A stretch of DNA of 24,000 bases from an uncultured Gammaproteobacteria bacterium (GTDB taxonomy: Bacteria; Pseudomonadota; Gammaproteobacteria; Steroidobacterales; Steroidobacteraceae), in NCBI GenBank assembly GCA_963755965.1, contig CAVWLU010000004.1, positions 395,578-419,577 of the forward strand, given 5' to 3'. A program made the position numbers and the translations under genes. Under the pieces are notes generated by a model. It worked only from the letters and a program-made list of their open reading frames with translations. It made no database searches and was not told the DNA's origin. This document shows, in pieces, positions 13,377-22,059 of this stretch (within the stretch, counting starts at the first letter, position 1; the number at the start of each line of letters is the position of its first letter).

Positions 13377-14951
13377 CTACTCCCACTCGATCGTCGCCGG
13401 CGGCTTTCCCGAAATGTCGTATACCACGCGCGAAATCCCCGGCACTTCGTTGATGATTCGATGCGTGACTTGATCTAGAAACTCGTACGGAAGGCGCGCC
13501 CACCGTGCCGTCATGAAATCGATGGTCTCGACGGCACGCAGCGCGATCACATGATCATAGCGCCGGCCGTCGCCCATCACCCCGACGGACCGCACAGGCA
13601 GGAATACCGCGAATGCCTGACTTACTTTGTCGTAGAGCTCATGGCGCCGCAGCTCTTCGATGAAGATGGCGTCGGCCCTTCGCAATAAATCGGCATGAGC
13701 CTTGTGGACCTCGCCCAGAATCCGCACCCCGAGCCCCGGACCGGGAAAGGGATGGCGATGAACCATGGCGGCCGGCAGGCCCAGGGCCAACCCAAGCTTG
13801 CGCACTTCATCCTTGAACAACTCGCGCAACGGCTCCAATAACTTGAGCTTCATTTCACGAGGCAGACCGCCGACGTTGTGGTGCGATTTAATTACATGCG
13901 CTTTACCGGTCTTGGCGCCTGCTGATTCGATGACGTCAGGATAAATCGTACCCTGCGCCAGCCATTTCACGTCCTTGAGCCTCGCGGCCTCTTCATCGAA
14001 CACTTCGATGAACACGCGTCCGATGATTTTGCGCTTGAGCTCGGGATCTGCCTCGCCCTTGAGCTCGCGCAAGAAGCGTTGCTCCGCATCGACGCGAATC
14101 ACCCGTACTCCCATGTGTTCCGCGAAGGTCGCCATCACTTGATCGCCCTCGCCGAGGCGCAACAATCCATGATCGACGAACACGCAGGTGAGCTGCGGGC
14201 CTATGGCACGATGCAAGAGCGCCGCCAGTACCGAAGAATCCACGCCGCCCGACAATCCCAGCAGTACGTTGTCGAAACCCACCTGGGCGCGGATTCGAGC
14301 CACGCTGTCCTCGATGATATTGCTCGTCGCCCAGGTCGCATCGCATCCGGCGATCTCGCGTATGAAGCGCCGCAGGATTTCACCGCCCTGCAAGGTATGC
14401 GTCACCTCCGGATGGAATTGCAACCCATAGAGGCGGCGCTCCTCATCGGCCATGGCAGCCAGCGGCGCGTTGTCGCTCGCCGCAATCACGCTGAATCCCG
14501 GCGGGACCGCCACGACGCGATCACCATGGCTCATCCAGACATCGAGCACACGCCGGCCCGCGGCATCGCGATTGTCCTCGAGACCGTCGAGGAGGCGCGA
14601 GGCGCCGGTAGCCCTCACCTGGGCTGCGCCGAATTCACGATGAGTGGATGGCTCGACTTGACCGCCAAGTTGGGCAGCCATGGTTTGCATTCCGTAGCAA
14701 ATCCCGAGAACGGGGACGCCGAGATCGAAGACGCTGGGCGGCGCTTCCGGGCCTTTAACCGCGTAAACCGATTCAGGACCGCCGGAGAGAATCACTGCCT
14801 TGGGACGAAAATGCCTAATGTCGGCCTCGGCGGCGTCGCAGGCGTATATCTCCGAGTACACGCCGAGTTCGCGGACGCGGCGAGCGATCAACTGGGTGTA
14901 CTGCGCTCCGAAATCGAGGATTAAAATTCGGTCCGCATGAATGTCCGGCAT
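13377..14951 (-). CDS. guaA: GMP synthase (glutamine-hydrolysing)
   Basis: Full-length 524 aa. N-terminal GATase [23 protein letters not shown]-PPase loop [11 protein letters not shown] and canonical C-terminus KPPATIEWE. Confidence 0.97.
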   Translation of the reverse strand: MPDIHADRILILDFGAQYTQLIARRVRELGVYSEIYACDAAEADIRHFRPKAVILSGGPESVYAVKGPEAPPSVFDLGVPVLGICYGMQTMAAQLGGQVEPSTHREFGAAQVRATGASRLLDGLEDNRDAAGRRVLDVWMSHGDRVVAVPPGFSVIAASDNAPLAAMADEERRLYGLQFHPEVTHTLQGGEILRRFIREIAGCDATWATSNIIEDSVARIRAQVGFDNVLLGLSGGVDSSVLAALLHRAIGPQLTCVFVDHGLLRLGEGDQVMATFAEHMGVRVIRVDAEQRFLRELKGEADPELKRKIIGRVFIEVFDEEAARLKDVKWLAQGTIYPDVIESAGAKTGKAHVIKSHHNVGGLPREMKLKLLEPLRELFKDEVRKLGLALGLPAAMVHRHPFPGPGLGVRILGEVHKAHADLLRRADAIFIEELRRHELYDKVSQAFAVFLPVRSVGVMGDGRRYDHVIALRAVETIDFMTARWARLPYEFLDQVTHRIINEVPGISRVVYDISGKPPATIEWE

Positions 14952-16417
14952 CAGCCTACCCGGTAATTCGGTGCTTCTTTGGTGATCGTCACATCGTGCA
15001 CGTGACTTTCACGAACACCCGCGGTGGTGACCCGAACGAATTGCGGACGGGTACGCATCTCTTCGATATTGCTGCTGCCGGTATAGCCCATGGCTGCGCG
15101 CAACCCCCCTGCCAGCTGATGCAATATCGACACGAGACTGCCTTTGTAGGTCACGCGGCCCTCGATCCCTTCCGGCACGAGTTTCTCGAGCTCGGTCGTC
15201 GTGTCCTGAAAGTAACGATCGCTCGATCCGTGTGCCTGCGCCATGGCGCCCAAGGATCCCATGCCGCGGTACGCCTTGTACGAAGCGCCCTGATACAGCT
15301 CCACTTCACCCGGAGACTCCTCGGTCCCCGCAAACATGCCGCCGATCATCACGCAGTGCGCGCCCGCCGCCAGCGCCTTGGCAATATCGCCGGAATAGCG
15401 GATACCGCCGTCGCCGATCACGGGAACTCCGGTGCCTGCAAGCGCTTTCGAAACGCGGGAGATCGCGCTGATTTGCGGCACACCCACGCCCGCCACGATT
15501 CGGGTCGTGCAAATCGACCCTGGGCCAATCCCTACTTTGACGGCATCGGCCCCGTACTTGACGAGATCCAGTGCCGCCTCGGCTGTGACGATATTGCCGC
15601 CGATTACTTGGATATCCGGAAATTTCTTCTTGATCTTGGCGACCGTCTCCAATACGCCGCGGGAGTGGCCATGAGAGGTATCGACCACCACGACGTCCAC
15701 ACCGGCTTCTCGCAATGCAGCGACGCGATCCAAGGTATCCGGCGCCGTGCCCACCGCGGCGCCGACGCGTAAGCTGCCGACGCTGTCCTTGCAGGCGCTC
15801 GGAAATTCGGTGGCCTTCTGGAAATCCTTCACGGTGATCATGCCCTTCAATTCATGGTCGCCCGCAACCACCAGAACTTTTTCGATGCGATGCCTGTGCA
15901 GCAGCGCCAGCACTTCGTCCTTGGGCGCGTTCTCGCGCACGGTGATCAACCGCTCCTTGGGGGTCATCACCGAGGAGACGGGAGCATCGAGTTTGGTTTC
16001 AAAACGCAGATCGCGATGGGTCACGATGCCGACCACCTTGGTGCCGAGCACCACCGGCACACCCGAGATATTTTTTGCCCGCGTGAGTTCGATTACTTCG
16101 CGAATGGTCATGTCCGGCTTGACGCTGATCGGATCGCTGATGACGCCGCTCTCGAATTTTTTGACGCGGTCGACTTGCCGCGCTTGATTGTCGATCGACA
16201 TATTCTTGTGGATGATGCCGATACCACCCTCTTGAGCGATGGTGATCGCCAACCGAGCTTCGGTAACGGTATCCATGGCGGACGAGACCACCGGTAAGTT
16301 GACGCGAATTTCCCGGGTCAATTGACTGGCTAACGAGACTTCGCCCGGCAGTACTTCGGAGTACGCCGGCACCAGCAGCACGTCATCGAAGGTGAGTGCC
16401 TCTTCAAGAATACGCAT
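14951..16417 (-). CDS. guaB: IMP dehydrogenase
   Basis: 488 aa. [17 protein letters not shown] start, CBS-pair region, catalytic loop [11 protein letters not shown]. The stop overlaps the guaA start (TGATG). Confidence 0.97.
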   Translation of the reverse strand: MRILEEALTFDDVLLVPAYSEVLPGEVSLASQLTREIRVNLPVVSSAMDTVTEARLAITIAQEGGIGIIHKNMSIDNQARQVDRVKKFESGVISDPISVKPDMTIREVIELTRAKNISGVPVVLGTKVVGIVTHRDLRFETKLDAPVSSVMTPKERLITVRENAPKDEVLALLHRHRIEKVLVVAGDHELKGMITVKDFQKATEFPSACKDSVGSLRVGAAVGTAPDTLDRVAALREAGVDVVVVDTSHGHSRGVLETVAKIKKKFPDIQVIGGNIVTAEAALDLVKYGADAVKVGIGPGSICTTRIVAGVGVPQISAISRVSKALAGTGVPVIGDGGIRYSGDIAKALAAGAHCVMIGGMFAGTEESPGEVELYQGASYKAYRGMGSLGAMAQAHGSSDRYFQDTTTELEKLVPEGIEGRVTYKGSLVSILHQLAGGLRAAMGYTGSSNIEEMRTRPQFVRVTTAGVRESHVHDVTITKEAPNYRVG

Positions 16418-16497
16418 GAGCGTTCACTTAAGGTTCGTCTAAGAGGCGGCGCATTGTACCTCGCGCCTCGGGCGCGGTAAACCGCTATCATTTGGCC

Positions 16498-17994
16498 ATG
16501 GAGACAGCCCAATTATCCGGTGCCACCCTGCGCCCCGACCGCGATATCTACACGGTTTCGCGCCTGAATCGCGAGGTGCGAGTGCTTTTGGAGCGCGGTT
16601 TTGGCAGCCTGTGGCTGGAGGCTGAAATATCCAATTTCGCGAGGCCGAGTTCGGGACACTGGTATTTCTCGCTGAAAGATGCCGCCGCGCAGGTCCGCTG
16701 CGCAATGTTCCGGCAGCGAAATATGTTGTGCTCCTTTACCGCACGCGACGGTCAAAAGGTGTTGGTGCGCGCGCGTATCGGGTTGTACGAACCCCGAGGC
16801 GAATACCAGCTCGTCGTCGATCACATGGAGGATGCGGGCCTCGGCGCCCTGAAGCGGCAATTCGAGGAATTGAGCGCAAAACTAGCCGCCGAGGGCTTGT
16901 TTGCCCCTGAACGCAAGCGTGCGCTGCCCACACTGCCGAAGCGAATCGGCATCATCACGTCGCCCACCGGGGCGGCGGTTCGCGACATTCTGCAGGTGCT
17001 CGCCCGGCGCTTTCCCGCCGTTGCCGTGCTCATCTATCCGGTTGCCGTACAAGGCGCGCAAGCGGCCGCAGAGATCATCGCGGCACTGACCCTTGCCGGG
17101 CGCCGCGCGGAGTGCGATGTCTTGATCCTGGCGCGCGGCGGCGGCTCCTTGGAAGATCTTTGGGCCTTCAATCATGAGGGACTGGCGCGTGCCATCGTGG
17201 CCTCGCAGATTCCGGTGATCAGCGGCATCGGCCACGAAATCGATTTCACAATTGCCGATTTTGCCGCCGACGTGCGCGCTCCCACCCCCTCGGCGGCTGC
17301 GGAACTCGTGGTCCCCGACGTAGAGGACTGGTTGACCGCATTCCTGCGCTTGAGCACGCGATTACAACGCGGCGTGCGGCGTCGGCTAGCCGAGCGGCGC
17401 GAGCGCCTGAGTTGGCTTCGCGGGCGGGCGGCACTGGTGAGCCCGATCGCGCGGTTCGCCCAACAGACACAGCGCCTCGACGAGTTCGAGCAGCGCTTGT
17501 CGCGCGCGACGCGCCGCCGCCTCGATAGTCATCGCGAACGTCTGCGCTGGTTGACGGGACGCGCCGCCCTCGTCAGTCCATCCGCGCGGCTCGTGCAGCA
17601 AGCGCTGCGACTGCAAGATTTCGCGCAACGCATGGGACGTGCGCTGCGCCACATGCAAAATACGCGTCGATCCCAATTCAGCAACTATGAGAGCCGGCTT
17701 TGGAAGGCAAGCCCGCTTGCCCGCGTGCGCGATGCGACGGCGCGCCATGGTGCTCTACTGGTGCGCCTCCAGGCGGCAGGTGTCGAATGCGTGCGCCGCG
17801 CGCGCGAACGCCTCTTGCCGCTGCTGCGCACTTTGAACGCCGTGAGTCCCCTCGCCACGCTCGAGCGAGGTTACGCCATCGTCACCGGTGAAGACGGGAA
17901 AATTCTGCGCGATGCGGCCGAGACCGGTCCCGGCATGATCATCGAGGCGCGCCTCGCGAGAGGTCAGGTTCGAGCGAAGGTTGAGAAATCATGA
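16498..17994 (+). CDS. xseA: Exodeoxyribonuclease VII large subunit
   Basis: N-terminal OB-fold motif YTVSRLNREVRVLLE...LWLEAEISNF...SGHWYFSLKD, catalytic-core GIITSPTGAAVRD...RGGGSLEDLW and a long Arg/Leu-rich helical C-terminus. It is divergent from guaBA as in enterobacterial synteny. The track start TTG 16492 is an alternative. Confidence 0.9.
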   Translation: METAQLSGATLRPDRDIYTVSRLNREVRVLLERGFGSLWLEAEISNFARPSSGHWYFSLKDAAAQVRCAMFRQRNMLCSFTARDGQKVLVRARIGLYEPRGEYQLVVDHMEDAGLGALKRQFEELSAKLAAEGLFAPERKRALPTLPKRIGIITSPTGAAVRDILQVLARRFPAVAVLIYPVAVQGAQAAAEIIAALTLAGRRAECDVLILARGGGSLEDLWAFNHEGLARAIVASQIPVISGIGHEIDFTIADFAADVRAPTPSAAAELVVPDVEDWLTAFLRLSTRLQRGVRRRLAERRERLSWLRGRAALVSPIARFAQQTQRLDEFEQRLSRATRRRLDSHRERLRWLTGRAALVSPSARLVQQALRLQDFAQRMGRALRHMQNTRRSQFSNYESRLWKASPLARVRDATARHGALLVRLQAAGVECVRRARERLLPLLRTLNAVSPLATLERGYAIVTGEDGKILRDAAETGPGMIIEARLARGQVRAKVEKS

Positions 17995-18827
17995 CAAGGG
18001 CTCAGAGTCTCAAGAGTGCGGCGCTGATCACTGCGGTGCTGATGCTCATCGCGGCGGGGTCCGCCGACTGTATGGAGCTGCCCCATGAGAGCGCGGTCCC
18101 AGGCGGGGTAAAGATCATTCGGCTGAACGCTGCCGGCGATGTCCCTCCCTACGTCGAAGCCAACGGACACCGCGCTCTGGTCGTGCAAGACGGCTCGGGG
18201 TGGGTCGCGGTGGTAGGAATTCCCCTGGCGGCAGTACCGGGCACGGAGCAGGTGACGGTGCGCGGTGCCGAGGGCCGCAACGACATTGAATTCATGATCG
18301 GCCAGAAGCTCTATGCCAGCCAATCTCTCAAAGTCGCGCCGCGGCAAGTCAATCTGTCGGCCGCCGATCTCGCTCGGGTTAACCGCGAGCGGGCGAGCCT
18401 CGAGCGCGTACTCAACCATTGGAGCGAAGCGCCGCCGAGTACGCTGCGCTGGTCCCCGCCGGTCCCCGGCGTGCGTTCGAGCTCGTTCGGCATGCGCCGA
18501 ATCTTCAACGGGGAATCACGTAACCCGCACAGCGGCATGGACATCGCCGCGCCCACCGGGACGCCGGTACTGTTGCCGGTAGCCGGCACGGTTGTGGAAA
18601 CGGGTGATTATTTCTTCACCGGTAATACCGTGTTCGTCGATCACGGCCGCGGATTCATCAGCATGTACTGCCATTTGAGCGCCATCGACGTGCAGCCGGG
18701 ACAGCACATCGCGGCCGGAACGCGCATTGGTGCGGTCGGAATGACCGGGCGCGCGACGGGGCCCCACTTGCACTGGGCCTTGAGTCTGAACCACGCCTGG
18801 GTCGATCCTGAACTGTTTCTGCTCTAG
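17991..18827 (+). CDS. M23-family (LytM-type) metallopeptidase with N-terminal signal peptide
   Basis: HSGMDIAAPTGTPV (HxxxD) and GPHLHWAL (HxH). Hydrophobic N-terminus AALITAVLMLIAAGSA. ATGA overlap with the xseA stop. Confidence 0.9.
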   Translation: MTRAQSLKSAALITAVLMLIAAGSADCMELPHESAVPGGVKIIRLNAAGDVPPYVEANGHRALVVQDGSGWVAVVGIPLAAVPGTEQVTVRGAEGRNDIEFMIGQKLYASQSLKVAPRQVNLSAADLARVNRERASLERVLNHWSEAPPSTLRWSPPVPGVRSSSFGMRRIFNGESRNPHSGMDIAAPTGTPVLLPVAGTVVETGDYFFTGNTVFVDHGRGFISMYCHLSAIDVQPGQHIAAGTRIGAVGMTGRATGPHLHWALSLNHAWVDPELFLL

Positions 18828-19459
18828 CTCGCGCTCAACATCTGGTCGACTTGAGGGCCGTCCAACCCAGGGGCGGACAGCGCCGCTTGGCGCAGCCGCG
18901 CACTGTGCTCCTGTACGGCCGCACCGGAAGGCTGCATTTCGACTTGTCCCTGGAAGAAGGCGCCCTCGGTGATTCCGACGCGCGGTGCGAATACGTTGCC
19001 CTTGACCTTGGCGGTCGCGCGAATATTCACCGATTCGGTGGCATACAGATCGCCCTCGACTTTTCCGTCGATGACGATCACGCGCGCGCGAATGTCGCCC
19101 TTCATCGTGCCGTCCGTACCGACGGTGAGGCTCTGGGTGTGGGTGATCGACCCCTCCACGCTACCTTGGATGATCAAGTCTTCCTGTGCGGAGAGTTCGC
19201 CGCGGAATCGCAACGTGGGTCCGAGCACGGAGGTTCGCGGCGCTTCTGGCGCGCGCACTTCTGGCGCACGAACTTCGGGTGCGCGCATTTCCTGTGTTCT
19301 CGGATCGGATGGACGCGATGGCGGCGGCGGCACCGGGGTTCGCGGCTCGAGGCGGGGTTCGGGCCGCGCCATTGCGGGTTCTTGCGCGGTCGTACGGCCG
19401 CCTGAATTGGCATTCATCATATCGTTGTCTCCCTCGTCCGATTTTTTGAACCAGGCCAT
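18824..19459 (-). CDS. Bactofilin-family cytoskeletal protein with Pro-rich N-terminal extension
   Basis: Bactofilin beta-helix repeats (LRFRGELSAQEDLIIQGSVEGSI...GKVEGDLYA...VKGNVFAPRVGITEGAFFQGQV). I start it at ATG 19459 (MAWFKK), 2 nt after the upstream bactofilin stop. The Arg/His-rich 52-aa extension in the track looks non-coding. Confidence 0.8.
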   Translation of the reverse strand: MAWFKKSDEGDNDMMNANSGGRTTAQEPAMARPEPRLEPRTPVPPPPSRPSDPRTQEMRAPEVRAPEVRAPEAPRTSVLGPTLRFRGELSAQEDLIIQGSVEGSITHTQSLTVGTDGTMKGDIRARVIVIDGKVEGDLYATESVNIRATAKVKGNVFAPRVGITEGAFFQGQVEMQPSGAAVQEHSARLRQAALSAPGLDGPQVDQMLSAS

Positions 19460-19461
19460 CG

Positions 19462-19878
19462 TTACGCCGCACTGCCGGAAATTTTGAGACCGCGAGCAGG
19501 CGCGGGCTCCTGCTTGCCGTGGGTTTGGCCGGACTTCTTGCCGTCCATGTCGATGCTGCCGCTGAAATTTGCGCCTTCGATGATGCTGACCGTGGGCGCG
19601 TAGATGTTGCCGCACACCTTTGCCGTTTCTTTGACGAAGACGGATTTCTCCGCCTGCAAATCTCCGTCGACCGTGCCCTCGACAATGATGAGCTGTGCGC
19701 GAATATTCGCTTTGACCGTACCCTGCACTCCTACGGTCAGACGCTGCGTATGGGTAATCGACCCCTCCACGCGACCCTGTATCAACAAGTCCTCTTCGGC
19801 GCTCAAATCACCCTTAAAATACAGGGTCGGACCAAGGACCGAAGCACGCTCAGTGGCGCTGTTATAGGGGTTGCTCAT
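19462..19878 (-). CDS. Bactofilin-family cytoskeletal protein
   Basis: Same repeat pattern (LYFKGDLSAEEDLLIQGRVEGSI...GTVDGDLQA...VCGNIYAPTVSIIEGANFSGSI). GGAGA lies 6 nt upstream of ATG 19878. Confidence 0.85.
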   Translation of the reverse strand: MSNPYNSATERASVLGPTLYFKGDLSAEEDLLIQGRVEGSITHTQRLTVGVQGTVKANIRAQLIIVEGTVDGDLQAEKSVFVKETAKVCGNIYAPTVSIIEGANFSGSIDMDGKKSGQTHGKQEPAPARGLKISGSAA

Positions 19879-20048
19879 GCGGTTTCTCCAGGTGTCGAGG
19901 ACTTCGGACAAGTGGGGCAAAGACTACCTGGCATAATTACGCACGGAGTGCGACTTAGGTCACGAAATCCAGGAATGAGGAATTTCGGAGTTCTGAACTG
20001 TCGCCGTTTGCGGACGCCCGCGCGCTTGCCGTCGCGGCGCCGTCGGCG

Positions 20049-21449
20049 CTACTCGATGCTCTCTCCATGCAGGGAGATATCGAGCCCCTCGCGTTCCTGT
20101 TCTTCCGTGACGCGCAGGCCGATGGTCTTGTCGATGATCTTAAGGATGGCGAAGCTGACGACGAATCCGTAGACCAGGGTCGTCAACACCCCTTTCAGCT
20201 GTGCGAGGAGCGACCCGTCCACCCCGCTGATTTCCTTGCTGACAAATACCCCCGTGAGCAGGGCCCCGACGATACCGCCGATGCAGTGCACACCGAAAGC
20301 GTCGAGCGAGTCGTCGTAGCCGAAGACATGCTTGAGAGAAGTGGCGGCATAGAAACAGACAATCCCCGCCGCGACACCGATGATGACGGCCGCGGTGGGA
20401 CCGACGAATCCGGAGGCTGGAGTAATGGCCACCAAGCCGGCCACCGCACCGGAGGCGATTCCGAGCACGCTGGGCTTACCCTTGCTCACCCACTCGGCGA
20501 ACATCCACCCGAGCGCGGCAGCGCCGGTGGCCATTTGGGTTGCAAGCATTGCCATGCCGGCACGGCCATCGGCCGCCACCGCCGAACCGGCATTGAAGCC
20601 GAACCAGCCCACCCACAGCAATGAGGCGCCGATGAGGGTCAAAGTCAGATTGTGGGGCGGCATGGCTTCCCTGCCGTACCCCAGGCGCTTACCGAGGACC
20701 AAGCAGCTTGCTAAACCCGCGATACCCGCATTGATGTGGACGACGGTTCCGCCCGCGTAATCGAGCACGCCGGCCGCGTTGAGCCAGCCCGTCGGTTCCC
20801 ACACCATGTGCGCGATCGGGGCGTAGACCAATAGCGACCACGCTGACAAGAACACCAGCATGGCCGAGAATTTCATGCGGTCGGCAAAGGCACCCGCAAT
20901 GAGTGCCGGCGTGATGATCGCGAATGTCATCTGAAACATGGCGTACACGGATTCTGGAATGGTGGGCGCCAGGTGGGAGACGGTCAGCTTGCCGGCGGGA
21001 TCACCATGGACGTAGGTCAAACCACTGAACAGCGCCCGGGCCGATCCCCCGATGAAGCCGTTACCCGGAGTAAACGCCCATGAATAACCGATGAGCCACC
21101 AGAGAATCGTGACCACGCACGTGCATGCGAAACTCTGCATGAGCGTCGCCAGTACATTTTTCTTGCGCACCATGCCGCCGTAGAACAGGGCGAGACCGGG
21201 CACGCACATCATCAGCACCAGCGCCGTCGAGGTCAGCATCCACGCGGTGTCGCCCGCGCTTATCTTATCGGCGCCGATCAGCGTGGGCTCGGTGATGGCG
21301 CCGGATGCCGTAGCGGCATTCGCGGCGGGTACCGCCATGCTGGCGGCCGATGCCGCAGCCGGTGCCGCGGCCGGTGCGTCATCTGCCCAGGCAGTGGGCA
21401 TCGACAGTGCCAGCATGCCGAGGAAAAGCCATTGAGACAGCTTGATCAT
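20049..21449 (-). CDS. amtB: Ammonium transporter
   Basis: 466 aa, signal peptide ending TAWA, multi-TM Amt/MEP sequence (DYAGGTVVHINAGIAGL, FGFNAGSA, DDSLDAFGVHCIGGIVG). Immediately downstream of glnK. Confidence 0.95.
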   Translation of the reverse strand: MIKLSQWLFLGMLALSMPTAWADDAPAAAPAAASAASMAVPAANAATASGAITEPTLIGADKISAGDTAWMLTSTALVLMMCVPGLALFYGGMVRKKNVLATLMQSFACTCVVTILWWLIGYSWAFTPGNGFIGGSARALFSGLTYVHGDPAGKLTVSHLAPTIPESVYAMFQMTFAIITPALIAGAFADRMKFSAMLVFLSAWSLLVYAPIAHMVWEPTGWLNAAGVLDYAGGTVVHINAGIAGLASCLVLGKRLGYGREAMPPHNLTLTLIGASLLWVGWFGFNAGSAVAADGRAGMAMLATQMATGAAALGWMFAEWVSKGKPSVLGIASGAVAGLVAITPASGFVGPTAAVIIGVAAGIVCFYAATSLKHVFGYDDSLDAFGVHCIGGIVGALLTGVFVSKEISGVDGSLLAQLKGVLTTLVYGFVVSFAILKIIDKTIGLRVTEEQEREGLDISLHGESIE

Positions 21450-21476
21450 CTATGCGAATCTCCCAGAAAACTAAGA

Positions 21477-21839
<363 letters not shown>

Positions 21840-21861
21840 TCATGCGATCGGGTCGGACTGA

Positions 21862-21877
21862 AGCACCGCTTGTGCCA
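21862..21877 (-). promoter_or_regulatory. Sigma-54 (-24/-12) type promoter candidate for glnK-amtB
   Basis: The minus strand reads TGGCAC-AAGCG-GTGCT against the consensus TGGCAC-N5-TTGCW. GG and GC are at exactly the right spacing, with one mismatch. It lies about 45-60 nt upstream of the glnK ATG. Confidence 0.5.
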
Positions 21878-22059
21878 TCACTGGAGACTTGAACGCGATC
21901 AGGAGGTTAGCGTGTTCACTGAGAGAAACCCCGAGGCACTCTTGCACCGAATCAGGGCGAATCGAAAGCCCTGCATGCATCCTTTTAAGGCGCGGCTCGA
22001 GGTGCGGCGATGCGGCCGGCGCACGTCTCGCGTCGATTCATTCGTCGCACCTCGTCCAT

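Noticed and set aside
18824-18827. Shared CTAG giving overlapping convergent stop codons of the M23 peptidase and the bactofilin
   Set aside because: It is real but most simply a coincidence of compact gene packing. I mention it within the M23-bactofilin finding rather than as a feature.
13622-19685. Dozens of 60-280-aa ORFs antisense to or overlapping guaA, guaB, xseA, the M23 peptidase and the bactofilins (for example 14079-14924 +, 14996-15772 +, 17964-18419 -, 18851-19405 +, 19519-20172 +)
   Set aside because: They lie in high-GC DNA opposite unmistakable conserved genes. They have Arg/Pro/Ala/Gly-rich shadow-frame composition and lack start context or motifs. They are typical GC-rich antisense artefacts.
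21944-21970. Possible NtrC enhancer site (TGCACC GAATC AGGGCGA) upstream of the sigma-54 promoter
   Set aside because: Only the left half-site matches the TGCACC-N5-GGTGCA consensus and the right half is poor. That is insufficient to annotate.
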